32,000 nt of DNA from Candidatus Velamenicoccus archaeovorus (lineage in GTDB: Bacteria > Omnitrophota > Gorgyraeia > Velamenicoccales > Velamenicoccaceae): NCBI RefSeq assembly GCF_004102945.1, contig NZ_CP019384.1, forward strand, positions 1,410,001 to 1,442,000. The letters are read 5' to 3'. The position numbers were made by a program, and so were the translations under genes. Below are positions 9,086-18,675 of this stretch, piece after piece (position 1 is the stretch's first letter; each line of letters begins with the position of its first letter). The notes beneath the pieces are model-generated. The model saw only the letters and a program-made list of their open reading frames with translations. It was not told where the DNA came from and made no database searches.

Positions 9086-10012
9086 TTATTCATGGAACAA
9101 CCACGTCGACAAATATCTTTCGCCCGTATCAGGCAGGATCACGACGATCGTCTTGCCTCTCGATTCTTTTCTCCTGGCAACCTCCAATGCCGCCCACATG
9201 GCGGCACCGCTGGATATCCCGACAAAAATCCCCTCTTCTTTTGCCAGGCGGCGGGCCACAACGCCGGCCTCCTCATGGGAGACTGTCATGACCTCATCAA
9301 TAATCTCCTTGTCCAACACCTGCGGGACAAACCCGGCGCCGATCCCCTGGATCTTGTGCGCCCCTGGTTTTCCGCCGGAAAGGACAGGCGAATCCTTAGG
9401 CTCCAATCCTATGACTTTAACAGATGGTTTTCTTTTTTTCAAGACCTCGCCGACGCCCGTGACCGTACCCCCCGTGCCGATGCCGGCAATGAACACATCG
9501 ACTTGCCCGTCCGTATCGTTCCATATCTCTTCTGCCGTCGTGCGGCGATGGATCTCGGGGTTCGCCGGATTATTGAACTGCTGCGGCATAAAACTGTCGG
9601 TTAGCGTGCGGGCCAACTCTTCGGCCTTTTCTATGGCGCCCTTCATGCCCTTTGCGCCGTCAGTCAATACGAGTTCTGCGCCAAGGATCTTGAGCATCTG
9701 CCGGCGTTCGATACTCATCGTATCCGGCATGGTCAAGATAAGCCGGTATCCTTTGGCTGCCGCTACAAAAGCCAGGGCGATCCCTGTGTTGCCGCTCGTC
9801 GGCTCGACGATAACAGAACCTTTCTTCAGCTTGCCTGCTTTCTCTGCGGCCTCGATCATGGCGCAGCCGATCCTGTCCTTGACGCTGGAAAGGGGATTAA
9901 AAGATTCTACTTTCGCCAGGATCGCGGCTTCAAGGCCGGCGCCCAGTTTATTGATGCGGACCAGCGGCGTGTGGCCGATAGTCTTGGTGATATCATCGTA
10001 TATTCTAGACAT
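9086..10012 (-). CDS. cysK: Cysteine synthase A (O-acetylserine sulfhydrylase)
   Basis: [20 protein letters not shown] (PLP lysine) and TSGNTG motifs. Start chosen at MSRIYDD (ATG 10012), preceded by an AGGGGG RBS. Confidence 0.9.
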   Translation of the reverse strand: MSRIYDDITKTIGHTPLVRINKLGAGLEAAILAKVESFNPLSSVKDRIGCAMIEAAEKAGKLKKGSVIVEPTSGNTGIALAFVAAAKGYRLILTMPDTMSIERRQMLKILGAELVLTDGAKGMKGAIEKAEELARTLTDSFMPQQFNNPANPEIHRRTTAEEIWNDTDGQVDVFIAGIGTGGTVTGVGEVLKKRKPSVKVIGLEPKDSPVLSGGKPGAHKIQGIGAGFVPQVLDKEIIDEVMTVSHEEAGVVARRLAKEEGIFVGISSGAAMWAALEVARRKESRGKTIVVILPDTGERYLSTWLFHE

Positions 10013-10110
10013 AAATGCCCCCTGCTTCAGAGAACAGAGGACAGAACACAGGGAACAGACAAAAAAATCTGTACTCTGTCCTCCGTTTTCTGTGCTCTTC
10101 AATTTATTTT

Positions 10111-11478
<1,368 letters not shown>

Positions 11479-11504
11479 TCATTTGGCGACCTCCCTTTTT
11501 GTCC

Positions 11505-12365
11505 TTAGAACGCGTACTGGGCGCTTAACACAAAACCGTCCCCCAACCCCTGTCTTGTGTTACCGGACTTGGTATAGCTGGCTGTATCCACATAGGCCGC
11601 GATAAGGGTCAGGTTCTTATTCGGCATCCACGCCGCATGCACGTTCCAATAATTGGCGTTTTTATAGCTGGAAAACTGTTCTCCCTGCTTGAATTCATAC
11701 CCCAGCACAAAACCATGGGGAAGGACAAGGTCAATGTTGGCAAACCCCGTCAGTTTTCTGTCGTCATGAAAACCGAGCACCCCGGTCACAAATTCCTGAG
11801 AAGAAAGAAGGCCTCCGGACAAAATAACGGGTACCGGGAAAACCCCGGCAATCGTCTTCGTCGCGACAAGATACCAATCCTGGCCGCTCGTCCTTAAGGG
11901 GAACCCCAGCTCATGGACGCTCTTGTCGCTCGTGGTCTTGTATATCGTTCCCACAGAAACAGCAGGAACGAACTTCGAATCAAAGGAATTCTCCGGAAGT
12001 ATCAAAAACTTGACCCCGACGTTGTTCTTGTGAAATGTAGGGTGGTCCTCCCAGGCGACCGTTTCATATCCATAGGATATCTCCAGCCTCCTAGCCACCG
12101 TCGTCGCCACGCCGAAGGCGGTCCAGTCGATCTTGGCATCCCCCAGATTCACATACCACCCGCCGAATCTCGGTGCGCTGACCTCAACGTTACCAACCTT
12201 GTAATGGGCCCCCTCTTCGCCCGAATCGGCCACATAAGCCAATGGGTTAAAAGCAACACCGCCGACACCTTCCAGATTAACGAAAGGCGGACCCGCGGAT
12301 ACGTCTTGGACGGAAAACACAACAGTCAGCGCAAAGAATACTGCAAATATCATCAACTTTCTCAC
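11505..12365 (-). CDS. Outer-membrane beta-barrel protein of unknown function
   Basis: GTG start. Signal peptide (V)RKLMIFAVFFALTVVFSVQDVSA-G, alternating amphipathic strands, and a C-terminal ...LSAQYAF (terminal Phe typical of OMPs). Confidence 0.65.
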   Translation of the reverse strand: MRKLMIFAVFFALTVVFSVQDVSAGPPFVNLEGVGGVAFNPLAYVADSGEEGAHYKVGNVEVSAPRFGGWYVNLGDAKIDWTAFGVATTVARRLEISYGYETVAWEDHPTFHKNNVGVKFLILPENSFDSKFVPAVSVGTIYKTTSDKSVHELGFPLRTSGQDWYLVATKTIAGVFPVPVILSGGLLSSQEFVTGVLGFHDDRKLTGFANIDLVLPHGFVLGYEFKQGEQFSSYKNANYWNVHAAWMPNKNLTLIAAYVDTASYTKSGNTRQGLGDGFVLSAQYAF

Positions 12366-12483
12366 GTTAAAACCCCCATCTTTCTTTGTGCGCTTTTCCA
12401 GCTGACTGGTTGTGGGGCACGTTCATATTTTAAATAATGTCTCCCGGCTATCCGGCAAGAAAAATCATATTTTTGTGGACTGT

Positions 12484-12672
12484 TTATATCCCACCTCCTT
12501 CCTCGATTTTCCAGGCATCATCAAAGCGCGTTCTTTCTGTCACTTCAATCTGGATGATCCTGGCATCATGGATCTTGATCGTCACCGTACCGTATGTCAA
12601 AGACCGCACCGCGTCATGGATTTCCTTAATAATCGCATCGTTAACGATATTCGGCTGTTGTTTTACGCTCAT
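12484..12672 (-). CDS. DUF2292 / YezD-like small protein (62 aa)
   Basis: SLTYGTVTIKIHDARIIQIEVTERTRF matches my recollection of the YezD-family core. Start at MSVKQQ (ATG 12672), preceded by a GGAGGAGG RBS. Confidence 0.65.
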   Translation of the reverse strand: MSVKQQPNIVNDAIIKEIHDAVRSLTYGTVTIKIHDARIIQIEVTERTRFDDAWKIEEGGGI

Positions 12673-12704
12673 CCCTTCCTCCTCCATCCCCCATACCTCT
12701 ATAT

Positions 12705-12745
12705 AAAGACAAAACCCACTCACCTGTGTCTCTTTTGGTAGTGGG
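12705..12745 (-). terminator. Terminator-like hairpin plus U-rich tract inside the leader of the YezD-like gene
   Basis: The minus strand reads cccactacc-aaaagagacaca-ggtgagtggg (9 bp with one bulge) followed by ttttgtcttt. It ends 33 nt before the ATG. Confidence 0.45.
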
Positions 12746-12865
12746 CTGTCCCGTCCTACGCACCGGATTGTAACAACAGGTTACGCGAACGGGCCCCCTC
12801 TACCCCGGAGACAACGCATCATCCTACACATCATATCCTGCGGATACATGGCCATTTCATCTCTC

Positions 12866-13306
12866 CTAAATCGCATACTCAAGCGCCCGGCGGCGGACGT
12901 CAACCCTTGACGCCAGATCTTCAAAAGTCACATGATCGATAATGCCGGACGTGGCTTGTGCGACATCCTGCCAAATATTTCTAAAAACACACCGATACAC
13001 ATCCAGGCACGCCGTGTATTCATGCCGAACGCAGGCAATAGGTTCTACAGGGCCTTCTATGAATCGGACGACATCCCCGACCGTGATCTTGTCCGGGGCC
13101 TTCGCCAATAAAAACCCTCCCACCTTACCTCGCCGGCTTTCCACAAAACCGCCTTTTTTTAAATCCATCAAGACCTGTTCTAAAAATTTGACAGGGGCGT
13201 CAATGCGTCCGGCCATCTCATGGATCGTCACCAGCTCTTCTCCATAATGAATAGCCAGATCTAAAACAGCTTTAAGCGCATAGTCTCCTCGATACGTAAT
13301 CTTCAT
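12866..13306 (-). CDS. Rrf2-family transcriptional regulator (probable Fe-S cluster type)
   Basis: N-terminal wHTH (YALKAVLDLA...TIHEMAGRIDAPVKFLEQVLMDLKKGGFVESRRGKVGGF). Three Cys at positions 92/100/106, spaced as in IscR/NsrR-type cluster ligands. Confidence 0.88.
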   Translation of the reverse strand: MKITYRGDYALKAVLDLAIHYGEELVTIHEMAGRIDAPVKFLEQVLMDLKKGGFVESRRGKVGGFLLAKAPDKITVGDVVRFIEGPVEPIACVRHEYTACLDVYRCVFRNIWQDVAQATSGIIDHVTFEDLASRVDVRRRALEYAI

Positions 13307-13340
13307 GACTTTTTTCTGCTGGAAAACTAATTTATATAAT

Positions 13341-13385
13341 CTCTATCAACATAGTAGAGTTTATATCACAACAAAAAATTGTCAA
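13341..13385 (-). promoter_or_regulatory. Candidate Rrf2 promoter (TTGACA-16 nt-TAAACT) with overlapping inverted repeat CTCTA-N9-TAGAG
   Basis: -35 at 13385-13380, -10 at 13363-13358, inverted repeat at 13341-13359. It lies in a sharply AT-rich spacer. Pattern match only. Confidence 0.3.
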
Positions 13386-13410
13386 GTTATTTTTTAAAAA
13401 ATTATGGCTA

Positions 13411-14100
13411 CTACTCCCGCGCTCCTTCTTCTCCCTTGAGTTTCTCGTGATGATGCTTGACGACCTTGGCCTCAACCATATAGATGACATCCTCTGCGAT
13501 ATTGGTGGCGTGATCGCAAATGCGTTCAAGATAGCGGGCGATCAAGAGGAGCGGAACGGCCCGCGTGGCGCTCTTCGGGTCTTTAGCCATATAATCGTTG
13601 ATCAGCTTGTTCTGGATCAAATCCCTAAGCTTGTCCGCTTCGGTGTCCGATAAACAAACCTGGCGGGCCAAGGCGACGTCCTTGTTGATGTAGGCGTCGA
13701 TGACATCCTTGATCATCTTCTGGGCGACAGCGGAAAGCTTGGGGATATCGATAAGGGGTTTAAGCAAGGGCTGGCCAACCAGCTCCACCACCCTCTGCGC
13801 GATATCCACGGCCAGGTCGGCGATACGCTCCAGGTCGGCATTGACCTTGAGGGCCGTCATCAGAAAACGCAGATCTGAAGCAACAGGCTGGTGCAGGGCG
13901 ATCATGTTAAAAACATCGTCATCGATGCTGTTCTCAAGAAAATCAATCTGGGCATCGTCCGTGATCACCTTCCCGGCCAGCTCAGCGTTACGCTCTTTTA
14001 AGGCGTCGATGGATTTATGGATCGACTCTTGCGTCAAAAGCGCCATCTTCAGGATCTTCTGGTTCAAGGCCTTGAGCTCTTCATCAAAGAATCTCTGCAT
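13411..14100 (-). CDS. phoU: Phosphate signalling complex protein PhoU (operon 1)
   Basis: MQRFFDEELKALNQKIL... and two PhoU repeats (DDAQIDFLENSIDDD; SDTEADKLRDLI; ERICDHATNIAEDVIY). Confidence 0.9.
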   Translation of the reverse strand: MQRFFDEELKALNQKILKMALLTQESIHKSIDALKERNAELAGKVITDDAQIDFLENSIDDDVFNMIALHQPVASDLRFLMTALKVNADLERIADLAVDIAQRVVELVGQPLLKPLIDIPKLSAVAQKMIKDVIDAYINKDVALARQVCLSDTEADKLRDLIQNKLINDYMAKDPKSATRAVPLLLIARYLERICDHATNIAEDVIYMVEAKVVKHHHEKLKGEEGARE

Positions 14101-14198
14101 TTTATGCCTCTCAATTTCCCGCTGAATTTTTTGTCAAAAATTGACCCCGAGCCTTCTTCAGCGTATAGAGAAAAGGCGAGGGGCCCTTCTTGAGCTTT

Positions 14199-14954
14199 TT
14201 ATCCGTATCTGCCCGTAATGTATTCTTCAGTCTTCTTGTCCTGCGGACGGTTAAAGACGTCTCCTGTCTTGCCGAATTCGACCAGCCTGCCCAAAAGCAT
14301 GAAACCCACGTCATCGGAAATGCGGGCCGCCTGCTGCATGTTATGCGTCACGATGACGATCGTATAATCCTTCTTCAACTCGCGCGCCGTCTCCTCGATC
14401 TTGAGGGTCGCGATCGGGTCCAGAGCCGAGCACGGCTCATCCATGAGGATGATGTCCGGCTTGACGGCCAGGGTACGCGCGATGCAGAGGCGCTGCTTCT
14501 CTTCCAATGACAAAGAAAGGGCACTGGCATAAAGCCTGTCCTTGAGCTTATCCCACAAGAGGACGGCCTTGAGCGACTCTTCCACAAGGCCGCCAAGCTC
14601 ATCCCTGCTTGTGATCATATGATGGACCTTCAGGCCATAGACAAGATTCTCGTATATCGTCAGGGGAAACGGGTTCGGCCGCTGAAAGACCATGCCGACT
14701 TTTTTACGCAGACCCACAAGGTCTATGCCGGGCCCGAGGATGTTCTCGCTGCCGACGAGGATCTCGCCGGTCATCGCAACCCCTTCGATGAGGTCGTTCA
14801 TCCGGTTGAAGGTGCGCAGGAGCGTCGACTTTCCGCAGCCCGAGGGACCGATGATAGCCGTGATCCCTTTTTCCTTGATCGCGATGTTGACATCGATCAA
14901 GGCGTGGAACTTGTCGTAAAACAGGTTGAGGTTCTTCGTTTCGATGATCGGCAT
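14199..14954 (-). CDS. pstB: Phosphate ABC transporter ATP-binding protein with degenerate ABC signature (LSLEEKQR in place of LSGGQQQR)
   Basis: Walker [11 protein letters not shown]-loop [12 protein letters not shown], Walker [13 protein letters not shown] and H-loop [10 protein letters not shown] are canonical. Signature confirmed on the DNA as tca ttg gaa gag aag cag cgc. Confidence 0.9.
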   Translation of the reverse strand: MPIIETKNLNLFYDKFHALIDVNIAIKEKGITAIIGPSGCGKSTLLRTFNRMNDLIEGVAMTGEILVGSENILGPGIDLVGLRKKVGMVFQRPNPFPLTIYENLVYGLKVHHMITSRDELGGLVEESLKAVLLWDKLKDRLYASALSLSLEEKQRLCIARTLAVKPDIILMDEPCSALDPIATLKIEETARELKKDYTIVIVTHNMQQAARISDDVGFMLLGRLVEFGKTGDVFNRPQDKKTEEYITGRYG

Positions 14955-14955
14955 A

Positions 14956-15714
14956 TTATCCGAATTTTCCGACGATATAATCTTCCGTCCTCTTGTCCTT
15001 CGGCGACGTGAAAATCCTGTCGGTCACATCCTCTTCGATCAGGTCGCCCATCAGGAAGAACGCGACGCGGTCCGAAACGCGCGCCGCCTGTTTTGTGTTG
15101 TTCGTCACGAGGACAATCGTATACTTCTTTTTAAGGACCACCATGGATTCCTCGACTTTGGCGGTTGAGATCGGGTCCAGGCCTGAGCAGGGTTCGTCGA
15201 AAAGGATGACGTCCGGCTTGACAGCCAGGGTGCGCGCGATGCAAAGGCGCTGCTGCTGGCCGCCGGACAGCTTCGTGGCTGCAGACTTGAGACGATCTTT
15301 GACCTCCTCCCACAAAAAGGCGCTCCTCAAGCTCTCTTCGACGGCCGCGTCCAGCCGCCTCTTGTCGTTGATCCCCTGCCTGCGGGGCCCAAAAGCGATA
15401 TTCTCATAGATCGAAAGCGGCAGAGGCATGGGCAGCGCGAAGATCATTCCCACCCGGCGCCTGAGTCCTTCGGGTTTAAAATCCTTATTGATATCCCTGC
15501 CTTCCAGGAGGATAGACCCGCTCATCCTATAATTATCCTGCGTCTCATTGAGCCTGTTGAGGGCACGCAAAAATGTCGTCTTGCCGCTATTGGCGGGGCC
15601 GATGGCGCCAAGGATCCCGTTTCTGGCGATATCACAACTCACGCGATGCAGGGCGTGGACCGCCCCAAAGCGGATATCCAGATCCCTGACGGAAAAACAA
15701 ACGTTATGTTCCAT
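14956..15714 (-). CDS. pstB: PstB-like ATP-binding protein with degenerate Walker A, Q-loop and H-loop but an intact signature
   Basis: GPANSGKTT (Walker A), VGMIFALPMPLP (Q-loop Gln to Ala), VTNNTKQAAR (H-loop His to Asn). [13 protein letters not shown] and [11 protein letters not shown] are retained. Start at MEHNV (ATG 15714). Its stop is 1 nt from the next pstB start. Confidence 0.85.
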   Translation of the reverse strand: MEHNVCFSVRDLDIRFGAVHALHRVSCDIARNGILGAIGPANSGKTTFLRALNRLNETQDNYRMSGSILLEGRDINKDFKPEGLRRRVGMIFALPMPLPLSIYENIAFGPRRQGINDKRRLDAAVEESLRSAFLWEEVKDRLKSAATKLSGGQQQRLCIARTLAVKPDVILFDEPCSGLDPISTAKVEESMVVLKKKYTIVLVTNNTKQAARVSDRVAFFLMGDLIEEDVTDRIFTSPKDKRTEDYIVGKFG

Positions 15715-15780
15715 AAACCGCCCCCACCGCCGCCATCGCATTCCGAGTCATTGTTTTTCTCATCCGCATTATCCCCGATT

Positions 15781-16644
15781 TCACCATTTATATTTTCTCC
15801 TGAATTTGGAGCGGATAATGATGGCCACAAGATTCATCAACAACACCATGAGGATCAGGACAAGCGCCGTGCCGTAGCGGTAGCTGTTGGGGATATTCGG
15901 GATCTGCGTCGCGATAATATAGAGGTGATACGGCAAGGCCATGGCCTGGTCGAAAACGGAATGCGGCAAATGGGGAATATAGAACGCCGCGACCGTAAAA
16001 AGAATAGGTGCAGTCTCTCCTGCGGCCCGGGCAATGCTTAAAATGGTCCCCGTCAGGATGCCCGGCAGGGCGAACGGTAAAACAGCATGACGCACGGTCT
16101 GCCAGCGGCTGGCGCCCAGAGACAGGCCGACCTCGCGGAAATAATCCGGCACGGCCTTGAGGGATTCCCGCGTCGAAGTGATAATGACCGGCAGGTTCAT
16201 GATGGCCAATGTCAGAGAGCCTGCCACGATGGAGGCGCCGAACTTCAAAAAGACGACGAACAGACTGAAGCCGAAAAGCCCATAGACGACGGACGGCACG
16301 CCCGAAAGGTTGACGATGGCGAGATTGATCAACCTCGTCAGGGCGTTTTCCTTTGCGTATTCGCTCAAGTAAATCGCCGCCAGGATCCCCAGGGGCAGAG
16401 AACAGACCGTGGCGCCCACCACGAGATAAAGCGTGCCGACGATCGCCGGAAAAATACCCCCTGCGCGCATCCCCTCTTTAGGCATGGCCGTCAGGAATTC
16501 CCAGTTGATCGCTGAGATCCCGTTCTTGAAAATAATCCACAGGACGACGACAACAGGCGCCAGGATGAAAAGCGTAATGAAGAACAGGGCGCCAAAGGCA
16601 ATCTTTTCCTTCGCTGCAACACTGATCAGGTTATTCCATCTCAT
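15781..16644 (-). CDS. pstA: Phosphate ABC transporter permease PstA (operon 1)
   Basis: MRWNNLISVAAKEK... TM protein with the EAA-type loop (SLGASRWQTVRHAVLP). Its ATG overlaps the pstC stop (ATGA). The listed 446-aa ORF N-terminus is an out-of-frame extension over pstC. Confidence 0.9.
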   Translation of the reverse strand: MRWNNLISVAAKEKIAFGALFFITLFILAPVVVVLWIIFKNGISAINWEFLTAMPKEGMRAGGIFPAIVGTLYLVVGATVCSLPLGILAAIYLSEYAKENALTRLINLAIVNLSGVPSVVYGLFGFSLFVVFLKFGASIVAGSLTLAIMNLPVIITSTRESLKAVPDYFREVGLSLGASRWQTVRHAVLPFALPGILTGTILSIARAAGETAPILFTVAAFYIPHLPHSVFDQAMALPYHLYIIATQIPNIPNSYRYGTALVLILMVLLMNLVAIIIRSKFRRKYKW

Positions 16645-17510
16645 TTCGTCCTCACGCGGTGCAGGAAGAAATCGGCCGTGATATTGATCATAAAGGTAAT
16701 GAGGAACAGGATAATGCCGATGGAAAACAGGGCGTGGTAATGGGCGCTGCCGTGAACGACCTCCCCCATTTCGGCGGCGATCGTCGCCGTCAGCGTCCGG
16801 ACCGGCTGCAGGAACGTCCGCGGGATGACGGCGGCATTGCCCGTGATCATCATGACCGCCATCGTCTCGCCAATCACCCGACCCACGCCCAGCATGCAGG
16901 CCGCGATGATGCCGGGCTTGGCCGCGTGGATCGTGACGCGGTACATCGTCTGCCATCGCGTCGCGCCCAGGGCGATGGACCCTTCCTTGTATTGCCGGGG
17001 AACGGCGGTGATCGCATCCTCGGAGATACTGATAATGGTCGGCATAGCCATGAACCCCAGCATGATGGAACCCGCCAGGGCCGTCAGCCCCGTCGGGACA
17101 TGAAAGATGGCCTTGATCCACGGCACCAGCGTGATCATGCCGACGAAACCGAGGACGACGCTGGGAATAGAAGCAAGGATCTCGATGCCGGTCTTCAAGA
17201 AATCCCGTATGCGCGCCGGCGCGATCTCCGCAACATAAAAGGCCGCGCCGATACTCAACGGAACGGCGAAAAGAACAGCCCCCAAGGTAACGAAGAGGGA
17301 ACCAAGGATCAATGGCAGGATGCCGAAGCGCGGAGGCTCAGAGATAGGATACCAGTATTTTCCCAAAAGGAAGGCCGAAAGCTTGACGTCCTTAAAAAAG
17401 GACAAGCCCTCCTTCAGCAGAAAAACGAAGATCAGACAAACAAAGAGAATGACGAGAATGCCGCTCAAAAAGACAAGCTTCTCTATGATGAATTCCTTGA
17501 ATCGTCTCAT
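16641..17510 (-). CDS. pstC: Phosphate ABC transporter permease PstC (operon 1)
   Basis: Typical PstC blocks (YWYPISEPPRFGILPLILGS; ALGATRWQTMYRV). Start at MRRFKEF (ATG 17510), preceded by an AGGAAGG RBS. Confidence 0.9.
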   Translation of the reverse strand: MRRFKEFIIEKLVFLSGILVILFVCLIFVFLLKEGLSFFKDVKLSAFLLGKYWYPISEPPRFGILPLILGSLFVTLGAVLFAVPLSIGAAFYVAEIAPARIRDFLKTGIEILASIPSVVLGFVGMITLVPWIKAIFHVPTGLTALAGSIMLGFMAMPTIISISEDAITAVPRQYKEGSIALGATRWQTMYRVTIHAAKPGIIAACMLGVGRVIGETMAVMMITGNAAVIPRTFLQPVRTLTATIAAEMGEVVHGSAHYHALFSIGIILFLITFMINITADFFLHRVRTK

Positions 17511-17596
17511 GCCTTCCTGACCGATGATACGTTCGCGGCCGCAAAACCGCACCCTTCAGGATATGAATAGAGGATAGCCGCTCAGTATTTCACTCC

Positions 17597-17623
17597 AAAG
17601 AAACCGCGGGTTTCAACCCGCGG
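17597..17623 (-). terminator. Intra-operon hairpin plus U-tract just after the pstS stop (attenuator/terminator)
   Basis: The minus strand reads ccgcgggt-tgaa-acccgcgg (8 GC-rich bp) followed by tttcttt. It starts 4 nt after the pstS TGA. Confidence 0.6.
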
Positions 17624-17627
17624 AGCT

Positions 17628-18485
17628 TCATTTTACAGGGATAAAATCGAGCTTCACCACGATCGCCTGACCTTCGGGAGAAAGGACAAAATCAAGGAAA
17701 GCCTTGATAATCCCCTTCGGTTCCCCGCAGGTGTACATCAGGAGCGGCCGCGAGATCGGATAGGACCCGGACTTGACGGTTGCCATCGTGGGCTCGACGT
17801 ACGCAGAAGACGCGTCCTTGGAAATAGCCAGCGCTTTTTGCTGAGCGGTCACATAACCGATGCCGTAATAGCCGATGGCGTTGACGTTCTGGGCCACCTC
17901 GTCGGCGATCGCCTGGGACGAAGGCAAAAGGAGCGCCGACGGCGAAAACTCGTTGAAATCCTTCTCGCGGCTCAGGACGTGTTCCTTAATATATATGTGC
18001 GTGCCGGAATTGACCTCGCGCGACAGAATGACGATAGGCATGTTGGGGCCGCCCACGTCTTTCCAGTTGGTGATCTTGCCGGTAAAGATGTCGGCCAGTT
18101 GGTCTAAAGTCAGCTTGGAGACGGGGTTTTCGGGATTGACCACGATCGCCACGCCGTCCAAGGCCACTGTCAGCTCAACGGGCTCCACGCCCTTCTCTTC
18201 CAGGAGCGCCTTTTCCTTATCCTCGATGTTCCGGGAGGCCTCGGCAATATCGCAGGTCCCGCCAATCAATGCCGCAAAACCTGTTCCCGACCCACCGCCT
18301 GTCACAGCCACGCTGACCGCCGGATGTTCCTTACTGAACGTCTCAGCCCAAGCCTGGCCGAGGTTCACCATGGTATCCGACCCTTTGATCTGGATCGAAC
18401 CGGAGAGCTCTTCCCCATGCGCAGCCAAACACAGAAAGCCGGTTGACAATATCAGGACAAAAGAAAAAATGATCTTTTTGAACAT
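17628..18485 (-). CDS. pstS: Phosphate-binding protein PstS, short type (operon 1)
   Basis: Signal peptide, then IQIKGSDTM...VTGGGSGTGFAALIGGTCDIAEASR...NWKDVGG, typical of the short PstS family of periplasmic phosphate binders. GGAGG RBS. Confidence 0.85.
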   Translation of the reverse strand: MFKKIIFSFVLILSTGFLCLAAHGEELSGSIQIKGSDTMVNLGQAWAETFSKEHPAVSVAVTGGGSGTGFAALIGGTCDIAEASRNIEDKEKALLEEKGVEPVELTVALDGVAIVVNPENPVSKLTLDQLADIFTGKITNWKDVGGPNMPIVILSREVNSGTHIYIKEHVLSREKDFNEFSPSALLLPSSQAIADEVAQNVNAIGYYGIGYVTAQQKALAISKDASSAYVEPTMATVKSGSYPISRPLLMYTCGEPKGIIKAFLDFVLSPEGQAIVVKLDFIPVK

Positions 18486-18510
18486 GATTCCTCCATTTTA
18501 AACAACCCTT

Positions 18511-18538
18511 AGTGTATCAGATATTCTTTCGTTTTCAA
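18511..18538 (-). promoter_or_regulatory. Candidate promoter for pst operon 1 (TTGAAA-16 nt-TACACT)
   Basis: -35 at 18538-18533 and -10 at 18516-18511, about 25 nt upstream of the pstS ATG. Pattern match only. Confidence 0.3.
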
Positions 18539-18610
18539 GAAGGATTCTGGAAGAAAGCAAAGACAGGGGCCAGTCCGGATGTCCGGAGCCTGTTGATGAG
18601 GAAAATCGCT

Positions 18611-18634
18611 AAAATCTGAGCCCCGCGGGCTCAG
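18611..18634 (-). terminator. Intrinsic terminator after phoU of operon 2
   Basis: The minus strand reads ctgagccc-gcg-gggctcag (8 bp) followed by atttta. A second hairpin, cctgccc-gctt-gggcagg, lies just upstream at 18640-18657. Confidence 0.6.
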
Positions 18635-18675
18635 CCTCGCCTGCCCAAGCGGGCAGGGAATTCTGGCAAACGGGA

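Noticed and set aside
16645-17121. N-terminal 159 aa of the listed 446-aa ORF 15781..17121.
   Set aside because: This part overlaps pstC in another frame and is G/D/R/H-rich nonsense. The PstA homology begins at MRWNNLIS (ATG 16644), which forms an ATGA overlap with the pstC stop.
18540-18585. Pho box upstream of pstS of operon 1 (CTGTCTT tgct TTCTTCC agaa TCCTTCT at 11-bp phasing).
   Set aside because: Only the first heptamer resembles a Pho half-site. The others are just T/C-rich and share nothing with the AGTTCAC/TTGTCAT heptamers at 24833-24872.
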